Below, in pieces: positions 28,625 to 36,740 of a stretch of DNA of 64,000 bases. Numbering within the stretch: the stretch's first letter is position 1; each line of letters opens with the position of its first letter. The position numbers and the translations under genes are program-made. Under the pieces are notes generated by a model, which was not told where the DNA came from, searched no databases, and saw only the letters and a list, made by a program, of their open reading frames with translations. Origin of the DNA: a bacterium (GTDB taxonomy: Bacteria > Patescibacteriota > Minisyncoccia > Phycocordibacterales > Phycocordibacteraceae); contig JAHFMR010000002.1 in assembly GCA_023267755.1 (NCBI GenBank), forward strand, positions 42,463-106,462, in the 5' to 3' direction.

Positions 28625-29152
28625 TTATTGTTTTATCCATCCTAAGAAATGGAAGTCGTTGTAATAATAGGTTCCGCTTGAACGCACCCAATTAATTTTC
28701 TTACTAACATTATGACCTTGAACGTATCGAGCGTTGTAGTCAACTCCAGAGTTAAAGTCGAAAGGGAAGATGCCCCCACCTCTGCCGCCAGGGACCACCT
28801 CAAAGTCATCAGGAGATACTAGATTCGAATTCAGATTCATTCCTCGAGCTTCATCGAATGAAATCTCACGACTTTCATCCCGAGTGACGTCATACAGGAA
28901 CAATCTTGATTCGGTTATTGTTCCAGTTGGGGGTTGATTTTTCTTTTCATTTTGTACCAACACACCATTCTGGACTACATATTGTTGACCGCCGTTATAG
29001 TAATAATTGTCACCGCCGGTTGCGTACAAGAAGTTGAATCTTGGTTGAATAAAGAGTCCTGGCAGATAGATGCTGCCGGCAACGAATATAATCATCAGCA
29101 CAGGGATAGCCATTCCTAGAACCAGAGACACATTCTTCTTTATGTATTCCAT
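28625..29152 (-). CDS. Membrane-anchored hypothetical protein
   Basis: N-terminal TM; ends FHFLGWIKQ. Confidence 0.7.
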   Translation of the reverse strand: MEYIKKNVSLVLGMAIPVLMIIFVAGSIYLPGLFIQPRFNFLYATGGDNYYYNGGQQYVVQNGVLVQNEKKNQPPTGTITESRLFLYDVTRDESREISFDEARGMNLNSNLVSPDDFEVVPGGRGGGIFPFDFNSGVDYNARYVQGHNVSKKINWVRSSGTYYYNDFHFLGWIKQ

Positions 29153-29189
29153 ACGTCCATATTACTACAATTTAGGCGGATTTTTTATG

Positions 29190-29263
29190 TGCGCCCGGAT
29201 GGATTTGAACCATCGACCCACGGCTTAAAAGGCCGCTGCTCTACCAGACTGAGCTACGGGCGC
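29190..29263 (-). tRNA. tRNA-Lys(UUU)
   Basis: GCGCCCGTAGCTCAG...CTTTTAA...GGTTCAAATCC...CGGGCGCA cloverleaf; CCA not encoded. Confidence 0.95.
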
Positions 29264-29344
29264 GAGTGAGGAAAAGAGAATGAGTGGCCTCAGTCATTCT
29301 CTTTCTCCGAACGAGCGCACAGTATGGTAGTCCATACGGGCGCG
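29255..29344 (-). repeat. Hairpin element with a 10-bp direct repeat of the tRNA-Lys 5' end
   Basis: TACGGGCGCG at 29255-29264 and 29335-29344, flanking the inverted repeat AAAGAGAATGA/TCATTCTCTTT. Confidence 0.65.
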
Positions 29345-29381
29345 CTCATTTTCGTAATCTACTCTTTTTGTACCGTTTTTC

Positions 29382-30329
29382 CTAGTAGCTGAACGCATCC
29401 ACTGTGTTCCCTTGGGTATCGAGAAGCTTCACCAATTCATGTTTAGTGCGCCACATCGAGTTGGATCGGCCGAGATACACGCGCCACGTGGCGCTCTCAA
29501 AATCGGAATCGCTCCTGTGTGCCTCGACACACCCGTTGTAATTTAAGTACTTAATCAAAAAGCTCTGGCACACGCCTGAGATAGTAGGAGGCGGAGAGAG
29601 CACGACCTGACAGCGGGAGAGCTTGTCGACGTAGTCGATGCAAACCGCGTCACGGATATAGCCGGTGCCGTAGTCGGTCACGAGTTCACTTGCGGGGGTA
29701 GGGCAGTTCTGCGGGAGAGAGGGAGTAAATGTTTGGAATGTGCTGAAATAACCGATGCACTTATTCTCACGGAAGGATGCCCCGATGGGGGATTGGCCCG
29801 AGACAATAATCGCACGTTCGCCAGGAGTAAGTACGATGTCCTGGGCCGCGTTCACCACACCGCTCGTTGGTACCTCGGTTCCCTTCGGGATGACAACCGC
29901 ATTGCCGGTTGCGTCACTTGAGAGCGTCCATCCGGAAATATCAACCGGTGCGCTTGCGCTTAAGGCGACAGAAATCTCCACGTATTCGTTCTTTGGGTTC
30001 AGAGAGCCCGCGCCCGCGACATAGTGGTTCATCGAGATGAGTCCGCGATACGGAGAAGGAGTCCCGAAAGTACTTCCTCCGACGAACGTGGGGAGGCTCG
30101 AGCCACTGCCGCTGTTCGATGAGCCTGATGAGATTGAGACACCAGAACCGCCAATACCAAAGGGCGCACGCGGGAAGTTAAGATACGTGCCGCCGCCAAG
30201 CACATCGGGAGCAGCGAGCCGTGGACCAGCAAAAGCGAGAGGATGGAGCGGGCCGCCCATCGCCGCCCAGACAAGAAAGATGAAAACGAAGATGCCTATG
30301 AAGAACCACGCATCGTGCATATCACTCAT
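29382..30329 (-). CDS. Membrane-anchored protein with lamin-tail-like domain
   Basis: EYVEI...VDISGWTL...L.PGE...VKLLDTQGNTVDAFSY; several Cys. Confidence 0.7.
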   Translation of the reverse strand: MSDMHDAWFFIGIFVFIFLVWAAMGGPLHPLAFAGPRLAAPDVLGGGTYLNFPRAPFGIGGSGVSISSGSSNSGSGSSLPTFVGGSTFGTPSPYRGLISMNHYVAGAGSLNPKNEYVEISVALSASAPVDISGWTLSSDATGNAVVIPKGTEVPTSGVVNAAQDIVLTPGERAIIVSGQSPIGASFRENKCIGYFSTFQTFTPSLPQNCPTPASELVTDYGTGYIRDAVCIDYVDKLSRCQVVLSPPPTISGVCQSFLIKYLNYNGCVEAHRSDSDFESATWRVYLGRSNSMWRTKHELVKLLDTQGNTVDAFSY

Positions 30330-30360
30330 AGGGGAATAGTAGCAAATTTACACGGAGTGG

Positions 30361-30906
30361 TCAGTGATGAGACGAGAGGGAGGCCTTCAAGCGGGCATCC
30401 TTACCCTGAACACTGTCGGGGATAGCCTGGAGCGCCTTACGCGCCTCGCGCTCGGTGTAGCCGAGTGCGACGAGCGTGTCGAAGACTTCGCCATCGGCGT
30501 CGTCGTGTGCAGCAGGGCCAACTTTCTCAGATAATTCAACCAGCATCTTCTCAGCGCTCTTCTTTCCCAGTCCGACAATCTTGGTCAGATAATTCAGATC
30601 GCGCTTGCTGATGGCACCTTCAAGCGCGGCGCGCGGCGCGCGACGTAGCACCGAGAGAGCAGTCTTGGGCCCCACACCCGAGACCGAGAGCATAAGCTCG
30701 AAGAAGTCGCGATCGGCCACCTCGCTGAAGCCGTAGAGTTCCATCCCGTCCTGTTTGACCGCGAGATGCGTGGCGAGGGTCGCATTGGTGCCCATCGAGA
30801 GCGCTTGAGGCGCACTCATCCGTACCTCGATACCGAAGCCAGCAACCTCGATGACTGCCCCTACCGGAGTTATCGAGAGCACCTTTCCGCTAATCTGTCG
30901 GATCAT
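30361..30906 (-). CDS. ruvA: Holliday junction DNA-binding protein RuvA
   Basis: MIRQISGKV, LYGF, VSGVGPKTA, GLGKKSAEK, LVALGY. Confidence 0.95.
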   Translation of the reverse strand: MIRQISGKVLSITPVGAVIEVAGFGIEVRMSAPQALSMGTNATLATHLAVKQDGMELYGFSEVADRDFFELMLSVSGVGPKTALSVLRRAPRAALEGAISKRDLNYLTKIVGLGKKSAEKMLVELSEKVGPAAHDDADGEVFDTLVALGYTEREARKALQAIPDSVQGKDARLKASLSSHH

Positions 30907-30961
30907 GGCGCTATAGTACCATTTGCCACAGGACGGGAGATACGGTATATAGAGAAGACAT

Positions 30962-31231
30962 ATGGCAATCACCAGTTCCGCAAAGAAGGCTATCCGCGTA
31001 GCGCAGAAGAAGCGCGTGTTTAACTTGCGTCGCAAGGGAGCTCTCTCCACTACGACCAAGACGCTCACCAAGGCGCTCGCGGCGAAGGATGTGAAGGAAG
31101 CAGAAAAGCTCCTCCCGGCGGCCTATAAGGCAATCGACAAGGCGATGAAGCGCGGTGTGATCAAGAAGAACACAGCAGCACGCAAGAAGTCTCGTCTCGC
31201 TCTCTCCATCAAACGCGCTTCGGCGAAGTAA
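30962..31231 (+). CDS. rpsT: 30S ribosomal protein S20
   Basis: MAITSSAKKAIR...IDKAMKRGVIKKNTAARKKSRL. Confidence 0.96.
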   Translation: MAITSSAKKAIRVAQKKRVFNLRRKGALSTTTKTLTKALAAKDVKEAEKLLPAAYKAIDKAMKRGVIKKNTAARKKSRLALSIKRASAK

Positions 31232-31239
31232 TCTACTTG

Positions 31240-31311
31240 TGCTCCCACGAGGAATCGAACCTCGATCTCAGGCTTCGGAGGCCTACGCTCTATCCGTTGA
31301 GCTATGGGAGC
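31240..31311 (-). tRNA. tRNA-Arg(CCG)
   Basis: GCTCCCATAGCTCAACGGATAGAGC...CTCCGAA...GGTTCGATTCC...TGGGAGCA. Confidence 0.95.
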
Positions 31312-31334
31312 AGTACAAAAACGATATCACCAAT

Positions 31335-32018
31335 TTAATGCCTCTGCTCAATTCGCGACGCAATCTCATGTCCGAGGGCAATCATTTCCCGTTGGATGAC
31401 ATTGGAAGAGTAATGCAGATTGCAGATGCCGTAAAAGTTTTTGCGGTAGCTTTTTCTGCGCCCGCTACGAGGTTTCAGATAAATTTTCCAAAACTGCGAA
31501 GCAGGAACCTTAAGTTTTTCAGACCAATATTCGCGCACTTCTTCGGGATTGTGGTAGTAATGGATTTGTAAACCGACGCGGAAGCGTGTTTCATCGATAG
31601 AATAATGCTTGCGTAACAGGGCGATAAACAAGCAGACAAGTTTTGGGTCCGTGTTCGTGAATTTCATATTATTATCTGTTTTGCCACCTTCTCCCCAGTA
31701 GAGCATCGCGAGTAGAGATTTCCCGACATCTTCCCGGTGCACAGGGATGGAGTTAGCGAGCTTTTTTGCGGTACGGTTGGCTGTCTCGAAGCGCAATTCT
31801 TTATTACGCCGTATGACGATAAGAGCGGCCGCACGAGCTTTCTTTAAATGTGCGATTTGTCGAGAACGATCTGGCTTTCTTCCGGCCTGACTCGACCAGA
31901 CGGAAAGAGTACTTTTCGGAATACCAAGAGCTTTCTTGATTTCAGCGTAAGTTTTTCCATTTTCAATTAACTTCAGTGCCTTCTTTTTAATCTCCTCGGA
32001 ATATCGTGCTCCTGCCAT
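31335..32018 (-). CDS. HTH plus LAGLIDADG-like homing-endonuclease-related protein
   Basis: N-terminal HTH (GKTYAEIKKALGIPKSTLSVW) and LAMLYWGEGGK...FTNTDPKL; basic, AT-richer than its neighbours. Confidence 0.65.
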   Translation of the reverse strand: MAGARYSEEIKKKALKLIENGKTYAEIKKALGIPKSTLSVWSSQAGRKPDRSRQIAHLKKARAAALIVIRRNKELRFETANRTAKKLANSIPVHREDVGKSLLAMLYWGEGGKTDNNMKFTNTDPKLVCLFIALLRKHYSIDETRFRVGLQIHYYHNPEEVREYWSEKLKVPASQFWKIYLKPRSGRRKSYRKNFYGICNLHYSSNVIQREMIALGHEIASRIEQRH

Positions 32019-32128
32019 AAATCCATTGTATAAGATTTATGTGCCGTGAGTATATAGCTACGTTCAATATTGTGGATATCAGTAGAATTACTGAACGATG
32101 AGAGCAGTGCTCTCTTTATACTACCTTG

Positions 32129-32200
32129 TGCCCCCGCGAGGAATCGAACCTCGATTACGAACTCCGCAAGCTCGCGTCCTATCCGTTGAACGACGGGGGC
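32129..32200 (-). tRNA. tRNA-Arg(GCG)
   Basis: GCCCCCGTCGTTCAACGGATAGGAC-G-CGAGC-TTGCGGA-GTTCG...GGTTCGATTCC...CGGGGGCA. Confidence 0.92.
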
Positions 32201-32215
32201 AATAGAGAATGTATA

Positions 32216-32689
32216 TCAGAACCCGAGCCAAGCCGCCACCAGGTCAGAGAAGGAATGGTGGTGTTCGTCCTCGTCGACGTGCTGGAGGAAGTAGGTGTAG
32301 ACCAAATCTTCATCGACATCGTTCAGTGGGATGATGAGATGTGGTGAGAGCCAACTCATCGTTTTAATAGAAATTATTGAAGGGAGTTCACCCTCAACAT
32401 CTTCGAGTACTGAGAAGGACAGCATACGTTCAAAGGGGTGGAACTCGTCGCCGATAAGGATCCCAGTTTCTATGAGCCGGAAGCGGTGAACAGAAGGTTC
32501 TTTGGCGGCGTGGAGCGCGAGTGCCGCCGTTGCGACGACGATAAGGACAGCGAGGAGATAATTACCGAAGAGAATCGAAGCGATGATGCCCGCAATAGCG
32601 ATGATGCCGAGTGCCCAATACCAATCACCGCTCTTCGGGTTGTAGTCGTATTCCTTTCCTTCCCACTCCGCGAGAGTGTTGTTAGCCAT
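32216..32689 (-). CDS. Hypothetical membrane protein
   Basis: EW..EY...KS.DWYW followed by two TM helices. Confidence 0.75.
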   Translation of the reverse strand: MANNTLAEWEGKEYDYNPKSGDWYWALGIIAIAGIIASILFGNYLLAVLIVVATAALALHAAKEPSVHRFRLIETGILIGDEFHPFERMLSFSVLEDVEGELPSIISIKTMSWLSPHLIIPLNDVDEDLVYTYFLQHVDEDEHHHSFSDLVAAWLGF

Positions 32690-32750
32690 AGGTCAATAAT
32701 AACAGAACGCACGCAGCACCTCTCTCATTACTTCGGCTCGTGTGTACAAG

Positions 32751-32835
32751 CGGATGGGGTGAGATTCGAACTCACGACACCTTGCGGTGTGGCGGTTTTC
32801 AAGACCGCTGCCTTAGACCACTCGGCCACCCATCC
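32751..32835 (-). tRNA. tRNA-Ser(UGA)
   Basis: GGATGGGTGGCCGAGTGG...CTTGAAA..., long variable arm, GAGTTCGAATCTC. Confidence 0.95.
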
Positions 32836-32843
32836 TCAATGTC

Positions 32844-33113
32844 CTATACCTGTGTTGATGAGCTTACCGCAGGTGCTTGAGGAGAGGAAGGGCGATACCA
32901 GATGAGGTACACGACTTCGAGGATGCCGAGTGTATTGACGGTGAGCAGGGTGATGAACCACCACTTCTGACTGTTGCGCGCCGCGTTCCAGAGCGCATAG
33001 CCTTTAACAACTACGACGAAGAGCACGAGGATAGCGATAAACGGAGCAAACGGAATAAGTTTATCGAGAAGGTCTGGAGCAAACGGGGAATAATAGGGTG
33101 CGGATGGTTGCAT
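32844..33113 (-). CDS. Small membrane protein (DUF5652-like)
   Basis: KGYALWNAARNSQKWWFI...NTLGILEVVY. Confidence 0.8.
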   Translation of the reverse strand: MQPSAPYYSPFAPDLLDKLIPFAPFIAILVLFVVVVKGYALWNAARNSQKWWFITLLTVNTLGILEVVYLIWYRPSSPQAPAVSSSTQV

Positions 33114-33143
33114 ATGTCGTGATTATACCACACACTCTTTACT

Positions 33144-33557
33144 ATGCGGTATCTCGGTATTGATTATGGCAGTTCGAAAATCGGTCTTGCGCTTTCTGAT
33201 GAGGCGGGCTCGATGGGATTTCCGCACGCTATTGTGACGAATACGCCGCGGCTCGCGGGCGAGCTGTGTGCCCTTATCGCGAGAGAGGGTGTTGGCGCGA
33301 TAGTTATCGGGGAATCGCGCGACCTTGCCGGCGGCGAAAATGCGATTGCAAAGGATGCTCGTGCGCTCGGCACCGAGCTCGCAGCGAGATCAGGAGCGCC
33401 AGTCTTCTATGAATCAGAAATATTTACGACTGCCGAGGCGCGTCGCGCCCCAGAGAAGGAAGGGAAGTCGAGATCTCCCAAGTCGCGTGCGCCGGTAGAC
33501 GCCTCTGCCGCCGCACTCATTCTTACCAGCTATCTCTCACGCACGCACCATGGATAA
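33144..33557 (+). CDS. ruvX: YqgF/RuvX family nuclease
   Basis: MRYLGIDYGSSKIGLALSD...E.FTT.EA...VDASAAALILTSYL. Confidence 0.92.
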   Translation: MRYLGIDYGSSKIGLALSDEAGSMGFPHAIVTNTPRLAGELCALIAREGVGAIVIGESRDLAGGENAIAKDARALGTELAARSGAPVFYESEIFTTAEARRAPEKEGKSRSPKSRAPVDASAAALILTSYLSRTHHG

Positions 33558-33891
33558 GCTCCGCATCTCAATCGATGAGTTCAGTAAGATAGAAGTAAAG
33601 GTCGGCACGGTTAGAAGTGCCGAGCGCGTTCCTGACACCGACAAACTATTGAAGCTTATGGTCGATTTTGACGAGGAAGCTGGCCCGCGTCAGATTGTCT
33701 CCGGTATCGTTAAGTATGTGAGTGACCCCGACACTCTTGTCGGGCGCCAGCTCGCCTTCGTGACCAACCTTGAGCCACGCACTCTTCGCGGTCTTGAGAG
33801 CAATGGGATGCTTTTCGCGGTCGGATCAGATGAATCATTCGCTTTTCTTACTCCCGACAGAGTCGTTCCGCCTGGCACCAGTGCACATTAA
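33550..33891 (+). CDS. Stand-alone tRNA-binding OB-fold protein (MetRS C-terminal/Trbp/CsaA-like)
   Basis: ISIDEFSKIEVKVG, DKLLKL.VD, RQIVSGI, NLEPR...GLESNGML. Confidence 0.9.
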   Translation: MDKLRISIDEFSKIEVKVGTVRSAERVPDTDKLLKLMVDFDEEAGPRQIVSGIVKYVSDPDTLVGRQLAFVTNLEPRTLRGLESNGMLFAVGSDESFAFLTPDRVVPPGTSAH

Positions 33892-33939
33892 GTCGAGCGA
33901 CACGACGAAGCTTCGGCGAAGGGGAGGTATACTTGAAGT

Positions 33940-35037
33940 ATGTCTTTCGGTTTTAGTGAAAAATTGCGCACTGCTTTTGCACCGCCTCGATACCTTGCAC
34001 CACCGCTATCCGGCATTGATCTATCAGCCAGCGGCGTAAAGGCGGTACGTCTTGTCCAAAGCCCTGCGGGACTTACGCTTGGAAGCTATGTAGAAGAGCG
34101 ACTCGCGCCAGGAGCCTTTGCTGAAGGAGAGATTGTCGATCGCACGGCGGTTGTCGCGGCGCTTTCTGCAGCCGCAAAGGCAGCAGATATTTCGGCCGCT
34201 AATGCGGCGCTGCCGGAGTCAAAGTCGTACCTTTTCGAGACGACGGTTCAGAATGCATCAAGGGTCGAGTGGCGCACCACAATCGAGCAGCAACTCGACG
34301 AGCTTATACCACTGCCACCGCCCGACGTCGCTTTCGATATCGTGAGGATAGGACAGAGCACAGACGGAGGCGTGCGAGTCGCGGGGGTTGGGTTCGCACA
34401 CCGTATTATCGATGATACGCTTGCCGCATTTGACCAAGCGGGCGTTGAGATTCACGCGCTCGAGGGAGAGCCATTTGCGATGGCACGAGCGCTTATCCCC
34501 GCAGGAGATGCCGCGACCGTGCTCATCATCGACGTGGGTAAAACGACGACGAAAATCTCAATTGTCGCTGGACGCATCCCGCGCTTCGCGACGACCATCG
34601 GCATCGGCGGTCACGCGCTCACGCTCGCGGTGCAGAAGCACTTCGGCGTGACCGAAGCAGAAGCACGCAAGGTGAAGATTGAGCGAGGTATCGTCCCGGC
34701 TCCCGGCAACGAAGACTATCTCGCCGCGATGCTCTCGACAGTCTCTGCGATTCGCGACGAGATATTGCGGAGGCTCGAATATTGGCAAGAGAAGGCTTCC
34801 CTCACCGAGGCACACGAGCCAGTGTCGCGCGCGATTCTTGCCGGCGGAAATGCGTCGGTACGCGGGCTCCCCGAATATCTCGAGGGGGCGCTCGGAATCC
34901 CGGTCGCCGCCGGAGACGTGTTCACCAATCTTGCGTCAAGAGACACATGGATTCCGGAGCTCGACTACGCCGAGTCACTCGCGTACGCGACCGCAATCGG
35001 TCTCGCACTCCGGGACGATACACACCTCTATGCATAG
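33940..35037 (+). CDS. pilM: Type IV pilus assembly protein PilM
   Basis: GIDLSASGVKAV, IIDVGKTTT, GGHALT, ILAGG, ATAIGLALR (actin-like fold). Confidence 0.9.
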   Translation: MSFGFSEKLRTAFAPPRYLAPPLSGIDLSASGVKAVRLVQSPAGLTLGSYVEERLAPGAFAEGEIVDRTAVVAALSAAAKAADISAANAALPESKSYLFETTVQNASRVEWRTTIEQQLDELIPLPPPDVAFDIVRIGQSTDGGVRVAGVGFAHRIIDDTLAAFDQAGVEIHALEGEPFAMARALIPAGDAATVLIIDVGKTTTKISIVAGRIPRFATTIGIGGHALTLAVQKHFGVTEAEARKVKIERGIVPAPGNEDYLAAMLSTVSAIRDEILRRLEYWQEKASLTEAHEPVSRAILAGGNASVRGLPEYLEGALGIPVAAGDVFTNLASRDTWIPELDYAESLAYATAIGLALRDDTHLYA

Positions 35038-35587
35038 CGAACTTACCAACTTACTTCCTTCCGATCGTCGACACATGCTCGCGCGAGGCTATCGTATGCG
35101 TCTTGGTGTTGTTGGGATTATTCTCGTCACCACCCTTATTATCATTGCGGCCGTGCTGCTCTTCCCGACCTATATGCTCCTCACAGGAAGTATGAGTGCG
35201 AAGCAGGCACGCCTCGCTTCGCTAGAGACGGCACTCACTTCGTCAAATGGGAAGGAATTAACGGCTCGTCTGACTGCCCTCACCAACAACACTGCGACAC
35301 TCGTAACGCTCGCGAGGACTCCTTCAGTAAGCGCGATTATCCGCAGTGCGCTCGATATCGCCCGTCCGGGAGTCTCTCTCACGGGTTTTGTATACGCCCC
35401 AGCGACAGACAAAACGTCGAAAGGGCAGCTGACGATCTCAGGGACGGCGGTAACTCGCGATGCTCTTCGGAACTATCAGCTCGCGCTCCAGAGCGCGCCT
35501 ATCACGCAATCCGCTGCACTACCAGTTTCTGCCTATGCGAAGGATAGCGATATCGCGTTTACCATCGTTATAACGCTCGCCCTATGA
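35030..35587 (+). CDS. PilN-like protein
   Basis: TNLLP motif, TM helix, coiled coil, LTISGTA; follows pilM. Confidence 0.8.
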   Translation: MHSELTNLLPSDRRHMLARGYRMRLGVVGIILVTTLIIIAAVLLFPTYMLLTGSMSAKQARLASLETALTSSNGKELTARLTALTNNTATLVTLARTPSVSAIIRSALDIARPGVSLTGFVYAPATDKTSKGQLTISGTAVTRDALRNYQLALQSAPITQSAALPVSAYAKDSDIAFTIVITLAL

Positions 35588-36111
35588 AGTCCTTAACATC
35601 TCAACTCGGGGCAGCTTTTCTCGTATGTGTAATCGCGATAATCGGGTACGGGTTCTGGTATGCCGCTATTGAAGCGAAGAGCACCGCAGTTGCGACTATT
35701 GAAAATCAGATTCTCACGAGGACTGAGACAGCGAGCCGCATCGCTTCCGTGCGGACATCCCTCGCTGAGATCTCAGGGGACGAAGCAAGCGTGCAGAATT
35801 ATTTCCTCCCAGAAACAGGCGTTGTCTCTTTTATCAATAATCTTGAGGACCAAGGGAAGAAACAGGGTTCAAGCGTAAGCGTCCTCTCTGTCGCCACAAA
35901 CACGATAGCCGGCCAATCAGTGCTCGCTTTCACACTCTCCATAAAAGGAACGTTCGATGCGGTTATGCGGACCATCGGGAACATTGAATATGCGCCATAC
36001 GATCTCTCGATTTCGACGCTCGCGATCAGTCAGGATGGTAAAAACGGCTGGCATGCCGACCTCACCTTCCTCGTCGGATCATCTCCTACGGCCACCACAA
36101 CACCATTATGA
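35584..36111 (+). CDS. PilO-like protein
   Basis: TM plus coiled coil, FTLSIKGTFDAV...IE; third gene of the pilMNO array. Confidence 0.75.
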   Translation: MKSLTSQLGAAFLVCVIAIIGYGFWYAAIEAKSTAVATIENQILTRTETASRIASVRTSLAEISGDEASVQNYFLPETGVVSFINNLEDQGKKQGSSVSVLSVATNTIAGQSVLAFTLSIKGTFDAVMRTIGNIEYAPYDLSISTLAISQDGKNGWHADLTFLVGSSPTATTTPL

Positions 36112-36416
36112 ACATACTTACTCCCATCAAGGCATTCTTCAGTCATCTGCGAGATGGCGCGCATCAGGATCCGGCGCGCGATTGGCTAGCGCTGATAACA
36201 CTCTCGTCCATAGCGCTCGCAGGTCTCATCGTATGGAATGCGCGGACGTTTGATACGGTCGCGAATGGAGGAGTTATCGGTGCACCGATGCCCCGGACGG
36301 CATCAATCTTTGATCAGGCTGCACTTAACACGGTGCACACGATTTTTGCGAATCGTGCGGCGGAGGAGGCGAAGTATCGGACCGGGACCTATCGGTTTAC
36401 AGACCCATCGCAATAA
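36108..36416 (+). CDS. Hypothetical membrane protein at the end of the pilMNO operon
   Basis: ATGA overlap with pilO; single TM; ends FTDPSQ. Confidence 0.65.
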   Translation: MNILTPIKAFFSHLRDGAHQDPARDWLALITLSSIALAGLIVWNARTFDTVANGGVIGAPMPRTASIFDQAALNTVHTIFANRAAEEAKYRTGTYRFTDPSQ

Positions 36417-36450
36417 AGGCGCGAATACGCTAGGGTAATAAGGTGCGAGC

Positions 36451-36522
36451 GCCTCGGTAGTTCAATGGATAGAACTGCGGACTTCTAAGCCGTCGATGTT
36501 GGTTCGATTCCAACCCGGGGCA
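36451..36522 (+). tRNA. tRNA-Arg(UCU)
   Basis: GCCTCGGTAGTTCAATGGATAGAAC...CTTCTAA...GGTTCGATTCC...CCGGGGCA. Confidence 0.9.
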
Positions 36523-36544
36523 CAGCTGGCGAGAGCGAGCGGCA

Positions 36545-36629
36545 GGGCATGTGGTGCAACTGGTAGACACGTACGTCTCAGAAGCGTATCCCGCAAGGGT
36601 TGAGGGTTCGAGTCCCTCCATGCCCACCA
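36545..36629 (+). tRNA. tRNA-Leu(CAG)
   Basis: GGGCATG...CTCAGAA..., variable arm, ...CATGCCCACCA. Confidence 0.95.
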
Positions 36630-36702
36630 GGGCGATTAGCTCAGTTGGTAGAGCAACCCCTTTACACGGGGAAGGTCAGAGGTTCGAGTCCTCTATCGCC
36701 CA
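36630..36702 (+). tRNA. tRNA-Val(UAC)
   Basis: GGGCGATTAGCTCAGTTGGTAGAGC...TTTACAC...GGTTCGAGTCC...ATCGCCCA. Confidence 0.95.
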
Positions 36703-36740
36703 CTAGAAACAAAAAGCATGGTATACCGGTTTACATATCT

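Noticed and set aside
36600-36740. Upstream extension of the uppS ORF (and similar extensions for pilB, ruvA, ruvC, thyX, glyA)
   Set aside because: Overlaps tRNA genes or neighbouring genes/promoters; true starts were placed at downstream ATGs matching family N-termini.
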